Translations under genes and position numbers: made by a program
Assembly: GCA_963809485.1 (NCBI GenBank)
Contig: CAWEJX010000006.1
Location: 128,001-192,000 of the forward strand
Length of the DNA: 64,000 nucleotides
Reading direction: 5' to 3'
Source: an uncultured Acidobacteriota bacterium
GTDB taxonomy: Bacteria; Acidobacteriota; UBA6911
Notes under the pieces: model-generated
Seen by the model: the letters and a program-made list of their open reading frames with translations, nothing else
Told to the model about the DNA's origin: nothing
Database searches by the model: none
In this document: one piece after another, positions 9,840-19,360 of the stretch
How the letters are laid out: each line of letters begins with the position of its first letter
Position numbering within the stretch: the first letter of the stretch is position 1

Positions 9840-11681
9840 ATGGCAATTCCCAGTTGTTACGCAGGCAAGGTACTGTTCGTCAATCTGGCCGAAGGACAGA
9901 TCCGCGAGGAAGTCCTTCCGGAATCTGTCTACCGGGAATTCATCGGCGGCAACGGCTTGGGTATCCGCGTCCTGTACGAGAGAATGAGGGCGGGGGTTGA
10001 CGCGCTGGGACCGGAGAACATTCTGGGATTTGTTGTCGGCAGCCTGACCGGCACCCCGTCGCCGGGAAGCGGGCGGCACATGCTTGTAACCAAATCTCCT
10101 CTGACCGGCACCTGGGCGGAATCCAACTCGGGAGGGACCTTCGGCCCCGAGCTGAAAACGGCGGGCTATGACGCCATATTTTTCTCCGGAATCTCTCCCA
10201 GCCCTGTCTGCCTGTGGATCAGGGATGGTAAGGCCGAACTGAAGGATGCCTCCGGGTTATGGGGGAAGGACGCCTATGAAACCCAGGATTTGCTGCAGTC
10301 CTGGGGAGACCGCGCCATGAAGATTGCCTGCATCGGACCGGCGGGCGAATCCCTGTCGCTGCTGTCGGGTGTCGTCAGCGAAAGGGGCCGGATCGCCGCC
10401 CGCAACGGCGTAGGCGCGGTGATGGGATCCAAGAGGTTGAAAGCGGTTGCCGTAAAGGGCGGCGTTCGATCGATCGTGCCCGCCGACAGGGAAAAATTTA
10501 ATGGCGCGATACGGCAGTTCCTGGAGATGATCCACAACAACGAATACGCCAAAGGGCTGGCCGCAGCCGGTACCGGAAAGGATATAAGCTTTCTGGTCGC
10601 AATCGGGGACGCCCCGCTCAAGAACTGGCAACTGACCGGGCTGGAAGCTCTCCCGACGCTTACCAACCTCGATGGCGCCAATATGGACAAATACAAGGTC
10701 AGCAGCTTCGGCTGCTACGGCTGCCCGATCACCTGCGGCGCCATCATCAGGCAAAATGAGGGCCCGTTTGCCATAAAGGATGAAATGCACCGTCCCGAGT
10801 ATCAGTCGCTGGCGGCCCTGGGCGGGATGCTGATGAACGACAACCTTGAAGCGGTCATCAAGGCCAATGATATCTGCAACCGCTACGGCATCGACACGAT
10901 GGGCGTCGGGGGCACGATTGCCATGGCGATGGAGTGCTATGAGAACGGGTTGATCAGCAGGGAAGACACAGACGGCATCGATCTGACCTGGGGGAACGCC
11001 GAGGCGATCGTGGCACTGGTGGAAAAAATCGCCAGGAGAGAAGGATTCGGCGCGGTTTTGGCGGATGGGACGCAGAAAGCCGCGGAGCGTATCGGCAAGG
11101 GCGCGGAAAAATATGCCGTCGCCATTCGCGGGAAAAGTCTTGCGTATCATGATCCGCGCATGTCCCCGTCGCTCGGCACGGCAAATATAGCCGATGCCAA
11201 TCCCGCGCATCACATGGACAGCCAGATTACGGGCATGCTGAGCGAAGGCGCGCCCATTGGTTCGGATCCGGCGTTGCAGCCTCCCAAGCAGAATCAATTT
11301 GCAGGCTATGCCATCGGCAGCGCCTACCACCAACTGCTGAACGCGGCCGGGTTTTGCTCGTTGTATACGGTGGCTACCACCCCTCCTCCCCTGGCCGACC
11401 TGATGGCCGGCGCAAGCGGCTGGGAATTCGGCTGGGACGAAGCGCTGAAGGCGGGGCGCCGCATACTGACGCTCAGGCAAGCATTCAATGCCCGAGAAGG
11501 CTTGACCCCGGACCAGTTCGAGTTGCCCAAGCGAATCGCGTCGACCGCCAAAATCGATTATGGGGCGCTGAGAGACGGATACTTCAGGGAAATGAAGTGG
11601 GACGTCCAATCAGGCAAGCCTTTGCGGGAAGCGCTGTCTGATTTGGACCTGATTGAATTGACACGTGATTTGAGTGTTTAA
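9840..11681 (+). CDS. Aldehyde:ferredoxin oxidoreductase family (tungstopterin)
   Basis: TKSPLTG..ESNSGG.FG.ELK.AG.D, CIGPAGE, GAVMGSK.LKAVAV, GCYGCPITC and CNRYGIDT motifs. Start placed at ATG 9840. Confidence 0.93.
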   Translation: MAIPSCYAGKVLFVNLAEGQIREEVLPESVYREFIGGNGLGIRVLYERMRAGVDALGPENILGFVVGSLTGTPSPGSGRHMLVTKSPLTGTWAESNSGGTFGPELKTAGYDAIFFSGISPSPVCLWIRDGKAELKDASGLWGKDAYETQDLLQSWGDRAMKIACIGPAGESLSLLSGVVSERGRIAARNGVGAVMGSKRLKAVAVKGGVRSIVPADREKFNGAIRQFLEMIHNNEYAKGLAAAGTGKDISFLVAIGDAPLKNWQLTGLEALPTLTNLDGANMDKYKVSSFGCYGCPITCGAIIRQNEGPFAIKDEMHRPEYQSLAALGGMLMNDNLEAVIKANDICNRYGIDTMGVGGTIAMAMECYENGLISREDTDGIDLTWGNAEAIVALVEKIARREGFGAVLADGTQKAAERIGKGAEKYAVAIRGKSLAYHDPRMSPSLGTANIADANPAHHMDSQITGMLSEGAPIGSDPALQPPKQNQFAGYAIGSAYHQLLNAAGFCSLYTVATTPPPLADLMAGASGWEFGWDEALKAGRRILTLRQAFNAREGLTPDQFELPKRIASTAKIDYGALRDGYFREMKWDVQSGKPLREALSDLDLIELTRDLSV

Positions 11682-11688
11682 TTCTATT

Positions 11689-11790
11689 GGTAAACCCACG
11701 GCTCTGCCGGGGGACTCATAGAGTTTGACAGCTCCGTATTTTGAAACGCTGAGATACGCTGACAAGAGCGCTGACATACGCTGACCCTAA
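11689..11790 (+). mobile_element. IS200-like non-autonomous element, left end only
   Basis: ggtaaacccacggctctgccgggggactcatagagtttgacagctccgtattttgaaacgctgaga is nearly identical to the copies at 24090 and 41244. Confidence 0.75.
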
Positions 11791-11830
11791 AGCTTCGACA
11801 CACTATATCCCGCATTTTGTGGATGATCCG

Positions 11831-13117
11831 CTAATTCGTTGCTGCTTTGCGGAGTGCGAGAGCGAGGATATCGAGGGCCTGGTCGATCTGCTGTTTTGAA
11901 ATCACCAGCGGCGGCTGAAACCGTAAGACGTTTCCGTCGATGCCCCCGCAACCGACCAGCAACCCATCTCGCAGGCATGAATCCCGGACAGCTTCGGCTT
12001 CGGCAGCGGCAGGCGTCAGCGCGGTGTCCTTCACAAGCTCGATCCCAATCATGAGGCCCAGGCCGCGCACATCGCCGATGAGGGAAACCCGTTGCCGGAG
12101 TTCGCAAAGCCGGGATTTGACGTAGTCACCCATTTCGGCCGCATGCCGGCAGAGATTCTCTTCCTGCATAAACTCAATGTTTGCGAGAGCCGCCGCGCAT
12201 GAAACGGGATTGCCGCCGAAGGTGGACAGATGATCGCCGGGCTTGTAGGCGGCGGCTATTTCCGGGCGTGTCGTAAAGGCGCTCAGCGGAAATCCGTCGG
12301 CGATGCCCTTGGCTGTCACGAGGATGTCGGGCACAACGCCAAAATGCTCAATGGCGAACATCTTGCCGGTACGGGCAAAGCCGCACTGGACTTCATCCGC
12401 GATGAAGAGGATTCCGTGCCGGTCCAGTATCTTCTTTACCTCCTCGAAGTAGTTGAACGGCGGAACTATGATCCCGCCCTCACCCATCACGGGTTCGGCG
12501 ACAAAGGCGGCCACGTCGCCGGATGTGGAAAAGCGGATGACGTCCTCGATCGCTTTTGCAAAGTGCCGGCCGCATTCGTCCGGGGCGTCGCAAGGGCGCG
12601 AGCGGTAGGTATAGGGTGCGGGGGCGAAGGCGACTCCGGGCGCATAGGGGCCGCCGCCTTTCTTCCGGTTTTTGTTGCCCGTGATGCTGAGCGCCCCCCA
12701 GCTGCGGCCGTGGAATCCGGCCTGCAAAGCAATGAATTCGTGCCTGCCCGTGTAAAGGCGGGCGAGCTTCAGCGCTCCCTCGATCGCCTCGGCTCCTCCG
12801 CTGCCGAAGAAGGATTTCGTCAGGCCCGAAGGCGCGATATGCGCAATCTTTTCCGCCAGGTCCGCCGTCGGTTGGACGTGATAAAGATAGGAGGAGCAGT
12901 GGATGAGCTTCTCCATCTGAGCTTTGGCTGCGGCCACCACCTTCGGACTGCAGTGGCCGGCATTGACCACCGAAATGCCGGCGAAGCAGTCTATGTAGTC
13001 CCGGCCCTCGATATCCCGAATCACCGCACCGCTGGCTTTGTCGACTACGATCGGGGCGACGGACTTCAGGAAACCGGTAATGACGTAATTCCGATATTTC
13101 TCAAATGTATCCGTAAC
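11831..13117 (-). CDS. Class-III PLP aminotransferase (4-aminobutyrate aminotransferase-like)
   Basis: YIDCFAGISV.NAGH, SGGAEAIEGA, FHGRS, FIADEVQCGFARTG, AKGIADG and TFGGNP motifs. The frame stays open about 30 codons upstream of the ORF-track start (VTDTFEKYRNYVITGF), so the start codon is uncertain. Confidence 0.88.
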   Translation of the reverse strand, partial: VTDTFEKYRNYVITGFLKSVAPIVVDKASGAVIRDIEGRDYIDCFAGISVVNAGHCSPKVVAAAKAQMEKLIHCSSYLYHVQPTADLAEKIAHIAPSGLTKSFFGSGGAEAIEGALKLARLYTGRHEFIALQAGFHGRSWGALSITGNKNRKKGGGPYAPGVAFAPAPYTYRSRPCDAPDECGRHFAKAIEDVIRFSTSGDVAAFVAEPVMGEGGIIVPPFNYFEEVKKILDRHGILFIADEVQCGFARTGKMFAIEHFGVVPDILVTAKGIADGFPLSAFTTRPEIAAAYKPGDHLSTFGGNPVSCAAALANIEFMQEENLCRHAAEMGDYVKSRLCELRQRVSLIGDVRGLGLMIGIELVKDTALTPAAAEAEAVRDSCLRDGLLVGCGGIDGNVLRFQPPLVISKQQIDQALDILALALRKAATN

Positions 13118-13158
13118 TAGTACCTCTTAAACTCGTCTGACGGCCGCCTGCCGGAATC

Positions 13159-14889
13159 CTACCTCCATTTGTCCACGGAAGCGCTCGATACATAGCCGAA
13201 GTCCCCGGCCTGCCAAAATAAATTCGTCCCGCCGCCCACCGAAAGAATGTTAATCACGGAGGGTCTGGCGAACTGGGGGATCTTGGCGTCTTTGGGCAGC
13301 TTGATCCTTGAGGCGAAGGGTTCCACGCCGCGACGGGCGTTAGGCAGAATAAAATTCTGCACGCTGTAAAAGTCATCCAGAAAATCCTGCACCGTGACCG
13401 ATGTGTTCTTGTAGATCCAGTCGATCAGCTGCTCTTTGGAATCGAAACCTTCCCTTTCTTTCAGCTGCTTGATGATGGTCGGATCCAGGAGCAGCGTTAC
13501 CGGCGAAAAGGGGCTCACGAATTTCAACCAGAACGGGATCTGTGTGTGGAAAGGTTTCCCGAAGCTCTGGTCCGGATGGGTGAATCCCCAGCCGTTGAAT
13601 GTGCTGACCACGCTTTCCTGGGGTTTGTGGCCTTTCTGCACATGGAACGGATTCCAACCGGGCGGCAATTCCTCCTCGTTTTCAGGCATGCAGAGATTGT
13701 TGTAGCTGTAATTATTTCCCTGGCTGCCCATGTACGTTTCCCCGATCTTACCCGCAGCGGCGAGGTTCATGGACATTATGGTCCAGGCCCTCCCGATGAC
13801 CGAATTGGCCTGGTTGAACGGACCGAGAGCGCCGATTCCGGCATTCATTTTTAATTCATTGCGGATCGGTCCGTTGACAACCACCATCCTCGCGAAAGAT
13901 GTCGTCGAGGTGAACAGAGCCGGCACTCCCGTGGACGCCAGGGACAGGATGACGGGGAAATGCTCCGGCCTGGCTCCGGCCATCACCGCGTTGACGGCCA
14001 CCTGTTCCACATTGTAACTCCAGGCTTCGTGGGGAGAGGACGGCTGCATCCTTCCGGCTTCCTCACCCGCTTTGCGGCTGGTGCCTTTGAGCATCTCGGC
14101 CACCCTGGCTTCCGTGGGCAGCACAATGGGCAGCCCATCGGTCCAGCCGTTTTCCAGGAAAAGGCGATGCAGGTTTTCCTCAGTATCGGGTTTGACCAGG
14201 CGGGCAGTCGGTCTCGCAATGAAGCCTGTTTTTCTATCCTCGTCAGACAGCGGAGTGGTCAGCGCCGCGATGGCCTCCTGCAGGACGGGCTTGCCGGTCA
14301 CCGGATCCTTGCCTTCCAGGTGTGCGCGGCACGCAGCGGCGGGGATGCCGGTGATGGGATGAGGCACAAATGTGAAGCGCATGTTGGGCATGCCCTTTTT
14401 AAAGGCATAGGATGTCACGAGGTCCTTGAACTTCCAGGTGGATATCGGGGCTGTGGGAACTCCGAGCTTTTCGACAGTCCAGCTGTGGCCGGCGACCGAC
14501 GGCGCGCAGGTGCTTCAATGCCCGACCCCCATGATCATGCCGTGACCCTTTTCCTTGATCTCCGCCCACAACTTGGGATCGTCGTCAAAATATGTCCCGG
14601 CTTTTGTCCGGACGACCCAGGTTGTATTGGGATATTTGGCGGACAGAAGTTTCTGCATTTCCGTAAAGAACTGGTGGGTGTCGGTAAAACCAATATCGAT
14701 AATGTAGATGGTTTTCCCTTCCAGGCCGTTGAGGCGCGGCGCCATGGGAACGCGCGTAATAGCCGGCGGCTGGCCCAGCGGGCTGAGGACGGTGAGCTTG
14801 GGCTCCTGAGCTCTGGATGTGCCCCAAAAGAGCGGGATTGCCAAAAGAGACATCACAAGGATTAAAGATCCGCCTGTTTTCCTTTTCAC
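13159..14889 (-). CDS. Putative exported selenoprotein, UGSC-like family (in-frame UGA at 14517-14515)
   Basis: ORFs 14515-14889 and 13159-14418 are one frame joined by a single TGA in GVGH-U-STC (UxxC). The intervening codons are open (APSVAGHSWTVEKLGVPTAP). Contains the family motifs GWTDGLPIVLPT and VAVNAVMAGA.P. N-terminal signal peptide. Confidence 0.8.
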
Positions 14890-15135
14890 CGCTTATGCTC
14901 CTCCCGGGGTGATGAATGCTCCCGGCCCATCTTCTACTCTAGCAAAATTAAGCGTCCGGAAAAACAACTGTTGTGTAGCAATAGGCTGCTTCAGGCAAGC
15001 GGCAAATTGCGGATGTCCAGTCACAGCAGAAACCTTGTGACAAATGATGGTTAGTGTACAATGGGCGGTGAAATATACCTTTTAGCCGGCTAGCGGCTAT
15101 ACAAGCACAAATATATAAATTGAGGAGGCGCCGGA

Positions 15136-16413
15136 ATGGAATGCGAATATGCCTTTGAGATGGGCACTTCCAGCATACGCTTCGGCCCGGGCGTTACGCG
15201 GGAAATCGGAATGGATTTATCCCAGCTGAAGGCAAGGCGGGTGATGGTGGTCACCGATCCGAACCTTGCCGGGCTGGCGCCTGTGGCCGCGGTACTGGAA
15301 TCGCTGCAAAAGGAAAAGGTCGCCTATTCCCTGTTCGACAGGGTTTCGGTGGAGCCGACCGATATGTCCATGCGCGAAGCAATCTCCTTCGCGCAGCAAG
15401 GGGATTTCGATGCGTTTGTAGCCGTCGGGGGCGGGTCCTCAATGGATACGGCCAAGGCAGCCAATCTCTACTCCACGTACCCTGCCGATTTCCTTGATTA
15501 CGTGAATGCACCCATCGGCCAGGCCAGGCCGGTGCCCGGCCAGCTTAAGCCGCTTTATGCTGTTCCCACGACAGCCGGAACCGGCAGCGAAACCACCGGA
15601 GTGGTGATTTTTGACCTGTTGGAAATGCACGCCAAAACGGGGATTGCCCACCGAAACCTCAAGCCGACGCTCGGACTGATCGATCCTGAAAACACCCGGA
15701 CCATGCCGCCGCTGGTGGCTGCATCCACGGGTTTCGACGTGCTGGTCCATGCGCTGGAGTCTTACACCAATCTGCCCTACAACCGCCGCGAGCGGCCCGC
15801 GCATCCCATTCTGCGCCCGGCCTACCAGGGCCGCAATCCGCTCAGCGATCTCTGGGCCGCCGAGGTGATCCGCGTGGCGGCGCAATACCTGCCACGGGCT
15901 GTGGAAAATCCGGACGACGACGAAGCGCGTTCAAAAATGATACTGGCAGCTGCCTGCGCCGGTGTAGGCTTCGGCAACGCCGGACTGCACCTGCCTCACG
16001 GGATGTCTTATCCCGTTTCCGGGATGGTTCGTGATTATCATCCGCCGGGATATCCCGTTAAGGAACCTTTGATACCTCATGGCATAGCCGTGGTGCTGAA
16101 CGGCCCGGCGGCTTTCCGATTCACGGGGCCAGGCTGCCCGGAACGGCATCTTCAGGCGGCGGAATTCCTGGGCGCGGATATTTCCAGGGCCAAGGCGGCA
16201 GACGCCGGCGATATTCTCGCGGATCAGCTGATCCAATATATGCAGCGCCTGAAGATGCCCAACGGGCTCAAGGCGGTTGGCTACACGCCCGATGATATTC
16301 CGGCGCTGGTGGAAGGAACGCTGCCGCAGCACCGCGTGATCAAGCTTTCCCCCGTGCCGGTAGGCAGGGAAGAGCTGACACGGCTGTTCGAGAAATCCAT
16401 GGTTATCTGGTGA
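15136..16413 (+). CDS. Hydroxyacid-oxoacid transhydrogenase (Fe-ADH/ADHFE1 family)
   Basis: EYAFEM..S.IRFG.G, GGGSSMDTAKAANLY, YVNAPIG, RPAYQG.NP and HLPHGMSYPVSG motifs. Confidence 0.9.
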   Translation: MECEYAFEMGTSSIRFGPGVTREIGMDLSQLKARRVMVVTDPNLAGLAPVAAVLESLQKEKVAYSLFDRVSVEPTDMSMREAISFAQQGDFDAFVAVGGGSSMDTAKAANLYSTYPADFLDYVNAPIGQARPVPGQLKPLYAVPTTAGTGSETTGVVIFDLLEMHAKTGIAHRNLKPTLGLIDPENTRTMPPLVAASTGFDVLVHALESYTNLPYNRRERPAHPILRPAYQGRNPLSDLWAAEVIRVAAQYLPRAVENPDDDEARSKMILAAACAGVGFGNAGLHLPHGMSYPVSGMVRDYHPPGYPVKEPLIPHGIAVVLNGPAAFRFTGPGCPERHLQAAEFLGADISRAKAADAGDILADQLIQYMQRLKMPNGLKAVGYTPDDIPALVEGTLPQHRVIKLSPVPVGREELTRLFEKSMVIW

Positions 16414-16524
16414 GGCTTTTAAGGCAGCCACCTATTTTGCGAATTCGTGAAATTTGTGGCTGCTTTTTGTTTTATTAATGGACATAGGGCGGCCATCGAT
16501 GGTTTTTGTCTGGAAGGATATCCG

Positions 16525-17457
16525 ATGCGAAAAAAGATTGCACTAGTGGGTGGAGGTCAGATCGGCCAGACGCTGGCGATGCTGGCGGCGATGAAGGAGC
16601 TGGGAGATGTGGTCATTCTGGATGTAGCCGCCTGCGAAAATTCCGTCAAAGGCAAAGCGCTTGACCTGATGGCCATGGCGCCGCACGGCAATTACGACGC
16701 GGAGGTTACGGGCACTTCGGATCCGCGCGGAATCGAAGGAGCTGATGTCGTGATCGTCACTGCCGGCAGGCCGCGTGATGCCGGGATGACGCCGAGGGAC
16801 CTGCTGGATATCAATTCCGGGGTCATTGCTGAAGTAGCCGGCAATGTGAAGCGGTATGCTCCGGACGCTTTCTGCATCGTCATCAGCAATCCTCTGGTTG
16901 AGATGGTGCACCTGTTCCACAAGCTCTCCGGTCTGTCCGGCAGGAAGGTTGCCGGAATGGCCGGAACTCTCGATGTAGCCCGCTGGCGGGCGTTTATTGC
17001 CATGGAACTGGGCGTTTCGGTCGAGGATGTCGCGGGAACAATCCTCGGCGGCCACGGCCCGGACATGCTGCCGCTTCCTCGTCTGACCACGGTAGGCGGT
17101 GTGCCCCTGATCGAAATCGCCACGAAAGAGCAGATCGATAGAATTGTCGAGCGGACCCGCGGGGCAGGCTCGGAAATCATGAAACTGTACGGCAAAGGGT
17201 CTGCCTTTTTCAGCCCTGCCTGGAGCGCCATTGCGATGGCCGAGTCCTTCATCAGGGACAAGCGGCGTGTGCTTGCCTGCATGGCTTTATGCGACGGTGA
17301 ATACGGGATTCACGGGCTTTACATGGGTGTCCCCGCCCTGATCGGTTCAAAGGGCGTTGAAAAGATATACGAAATCAGCCTGACCGGTGAGGAACGGGCC
17401 GAGCTCTCCAGAATTGCCGATGCCGTTGCGAAGCATGTGACGGAGTGCGGAATTTAG
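16525..17457 (+). CDS. mdh: LDH-like malate/2-hydroxyacid dehydrogenase (divergent)
   Basis: KIALVGGGQIG, GKALDL, GADVVIVTAG, ISNP, LD.AR, GGHG and GSAFFSP motifs. The mobile loop is atypical. Confidence 0.75.
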   Translation: MRKKIALVGGGQIGQTLAMLAAMKELGDVVILDVAACENSVKGKALDLMAMAPHGNYDAEVTGTSDPRGIEGADVVIVTAGRPRDAGMTPRDLLDINSGVIAEVAGNVKRYAPDAFCIVISNPLVEMVHLFHKLSGLSGRKVAGMAGTLDVARWRAFIAMELGVSVEDVAGTILGGHGPDMLPLPRLTTVGGVPLIEIATKEQIDRIVERTRGAGSEIMKLYGKGSAFFSPAWSAIAMAESFIRDKRRVLACMALCDGEYGIHGLYMGVPALIGSKGVEKIYEISLTGEERAELSRIADAVAKHVTECGI

Positions 17458-17491
17458 CGGCCGGCGAAAGGTGGAGGTCGAAAGCCTGCCG

Positions 17492-18298
17492 TCAGCGTGC
17501 CCGGACGCTTCGGGAGCCTTCTTTCCGCAAGGTCCCGTACTTTATGAGAAGGGAGTGCCGCACGCGCCGGGGAAGCCGTTGGAACAGGTTCACAAACAGC
17601 CGGTAGCGCCAGCCGGGAATGACGAACAGCCGGTTCTTTTCAAGAGCGTGCAGCGATGCGTCCACGACATCCTCTGCCTGCATCCATAGGCTTTTCGGAA
17701 TCACGCTCCGGTCCATGCCCATCGTTTCATGAAATTCCGTATAAGTAAAGCCGGGGCAAAGCGCCTGCACGCGAACCGGCGAGCCCAAGTGTTTGAGCTC
17801 GAGGAACAGCCCTTCGGTGAAGCTGTTGATCCAGGTTTTGGTGGCACAGTAGCTGATGCTGTAGGGACTCTGAATAAAGCCGGAGACGGATGAGACGTTG
17901 ATAATATTCCCCGCGCGACGCGCTGCCATGATCTTGAGCGCCGCGTGCGTCAACCGCTCGATTGCGATGATGTGGAGGCGGTGCATCCTGTCCTGGACCT
18001 CCACATCGCCTGAAAAAAACTCGCGGCTCATGAAACCATAACCGGCGTTGTTCACGAGAAATTCCAAAGCCGGTTCCGCGGCTATCCTGAGTTCCACGGA
18101 ATGAAGGCCGGCATCCGTTGCCAGGTCGGCCGGCAGAACCTCTGCCTTCTGAAGTTCTGCCGCCAGCTTTTCCAGCCGTTCTTTCCTGCGCGCAACAAGA
18201 ATCAGGCGGTATCCTCTCCGCGACAGTCTGCGAGCAAATACTTCGCCCAGGCCGCTCGATGCGCCGGTAACCAGGGCTGCAGGACTGGATTCACTCAT
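17492..18298 (-). CDS. Short-chain dehydrogenase/reductase
   Basis: TGASSGLG, LVNNAG and YCATK (YxxxK) motifs. Confidence 0.92.
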   Translation of the reverse strand: MSESSPAALVTGASSGLGEVFARRLSRRGYRLILVARRKERLEKLAAELQKAEVLPADLATDAGLHSVELRIAAEPALEFLVNNAGYGFMSREFFSGDVEVQDRMHRLHIIAIERLTHAALKIMAARRAGNIINVSSVSGFIQSPYSISYCATKTWINSFTEGLFLELKHLGSPVRVQALCPGFTYTEFHETMGMDRSVIPKSLWMQAEDVVDASLHALEKNRLFVIPGWRYRLFVNLFQRLPRRVRHSLLIKYGTLRKEGSRSVRAR

Positions 18299-18345
18299 GG
18301 ATTCCTGAACTGAATCTTGCTGCGACGGGATATAAAAATGCCCTT

Positions 18346-18385
18346 CACGTTGCACGTTCCACGTTAAACGTTTTAACGTTTAACG
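18346..18385. repeat. Short ACGTT-based ~7 bp tandem repeat
   Basis: cacgttgcacgttccacgttaaacgttttaacgtttaacg. Confidence 0.5.
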
Positions 18386-19227
18386 AGCTGCTGCAGCGAT
18401 GCGGACCACTTCTGTTCGCGGCCGTTCAACCTGACGGTGCCGTCGATTGCGTGTCCGTTCGCGCGGCCGGCATATTCGATATCGCCTCCGGCGAAGCTGA
18501 TCCGGTCACCCTCGAGTTTCAGCGCATTGAGCGGGCGCTCTTTGCCGTCGACCTTCAGCGTCCCTTTGAGGTTCTGGAATTCCTGCGTGAGGCTGAGTTC
18601 CGCTTTCCCGGATTCGTCCTGCCATTTCCAAACGCCCTCAACCTTGGCAGGAACAATCCAGAGATAAGCCGTGCGATACTCCTTTTCCACCGTCTGGTCC
18701 GCGCCCCATTCACCCATGGTGAAGGCATGGGATACGATGCGTGTGCCGGGCTTCAGGTCCAGAATGATGGGCCGCAGTTTGAGGTTCAGATGGGGCAGGA
18801 GATACATTGTGATCACGGTTGCCCGGCTGAAGTCGCTTTCGAAAATATCTGCGTTTACGAAGCTGGCTTTGTCGGAGACGCCGGCTTTTTCCGCATTTTT
18901 TTTCGAAAGAGCCACCATGTCCGGATTGAATTCGAATCCGATGGCGCGAATGCCCCGTTTTGCAGCAGCAATCACGATGCGCCCGTCACCCGAGCCCAGA
19001 TCCATCAGGAAATCATCGGTGGTAACCTTGGCCATGTCGAGCATGGCTTCGACCAGATAATCCGGCGTCGGCACCCAGATGACATCCTTGCCTTCCTGCC
19101 CGACGCTCGGCTCATATTCCTTCGCCGGTTCCTGGGCCCCGCCGATGCCCGGAGCCGCAACGCACAACAGCAGTACAGCTAATGCAAAGAAGACAACCCG
19201 ATTGGCAATTTCCATATTCAGCTCCAT
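18373..19227 (-). CDS. Class I SAM-dependent methyltransferase with N-terminal signal peptide
   Basis: DVIWVPTP, DLGSGDGRI, ATVITMYLLP and GTRIVSH motifs. Hydrophobic leader. Confidence 0.88.
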   Translation of the reverse strand: MELNMEIANRVVFFALAVLLLCVAAPGIGGAQEPAKEYEPSVGQEGKDVIWVPTPDYLVEAMLDMAKVTTDDFLMDLGSGDGRIVIAAAKRGIRAIGFEFNPDMVALSKKNAEKAGVSDKASFVNADIFESDFSRATVITMYLLPHLNLKLRPIILDLKPGTRIVSHAFTMGEWGADQTVEKEYRTAYLWIVPAKVEGVWKWQDESGKAELSLTQEFQNLKGTLKVDGKERPLNALKLEGDRISFAGGDIEYAGRANGHAIDGTVRLNGREQKWSASLQQLVKR

Positions 19228-19235
19228 AAGGCAGC

Positions 19236-19357
19236 GATTAGAGATTAGGGATTAGGGATTAGAATCTCAAGTCTTTGGCAATTTTACGTATAAACGTTTA
19301 TCAGCCAAAGGGGCATCCTAATCCGTATGCCTACTAATCCCTAATCCCTAATCCCTG
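19236..19357. repeat. Inverted heptamer array (GATTAGR)n ... (CTAATCC)n
   Basis: About 4 GATTAGR units at 19236-19263 face about 4 CTAATCC units at 19318-19357. Confidence 0.8.
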
Positions 19358-19360
19358 CAT

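Noticed and set aside
14515-14889. Separate 124-aa gene ending GVGH
   Set aside because: The frame continues after TGA with a UxxC motif, so it is better explained as one recoded gene.
19236-19357. Telomere-like TTAGGG repeats
   Set aside because: The unit is 7 bp (TTAGGGA), only a few copies, and internal. It belongs with the other heptamer arrays.
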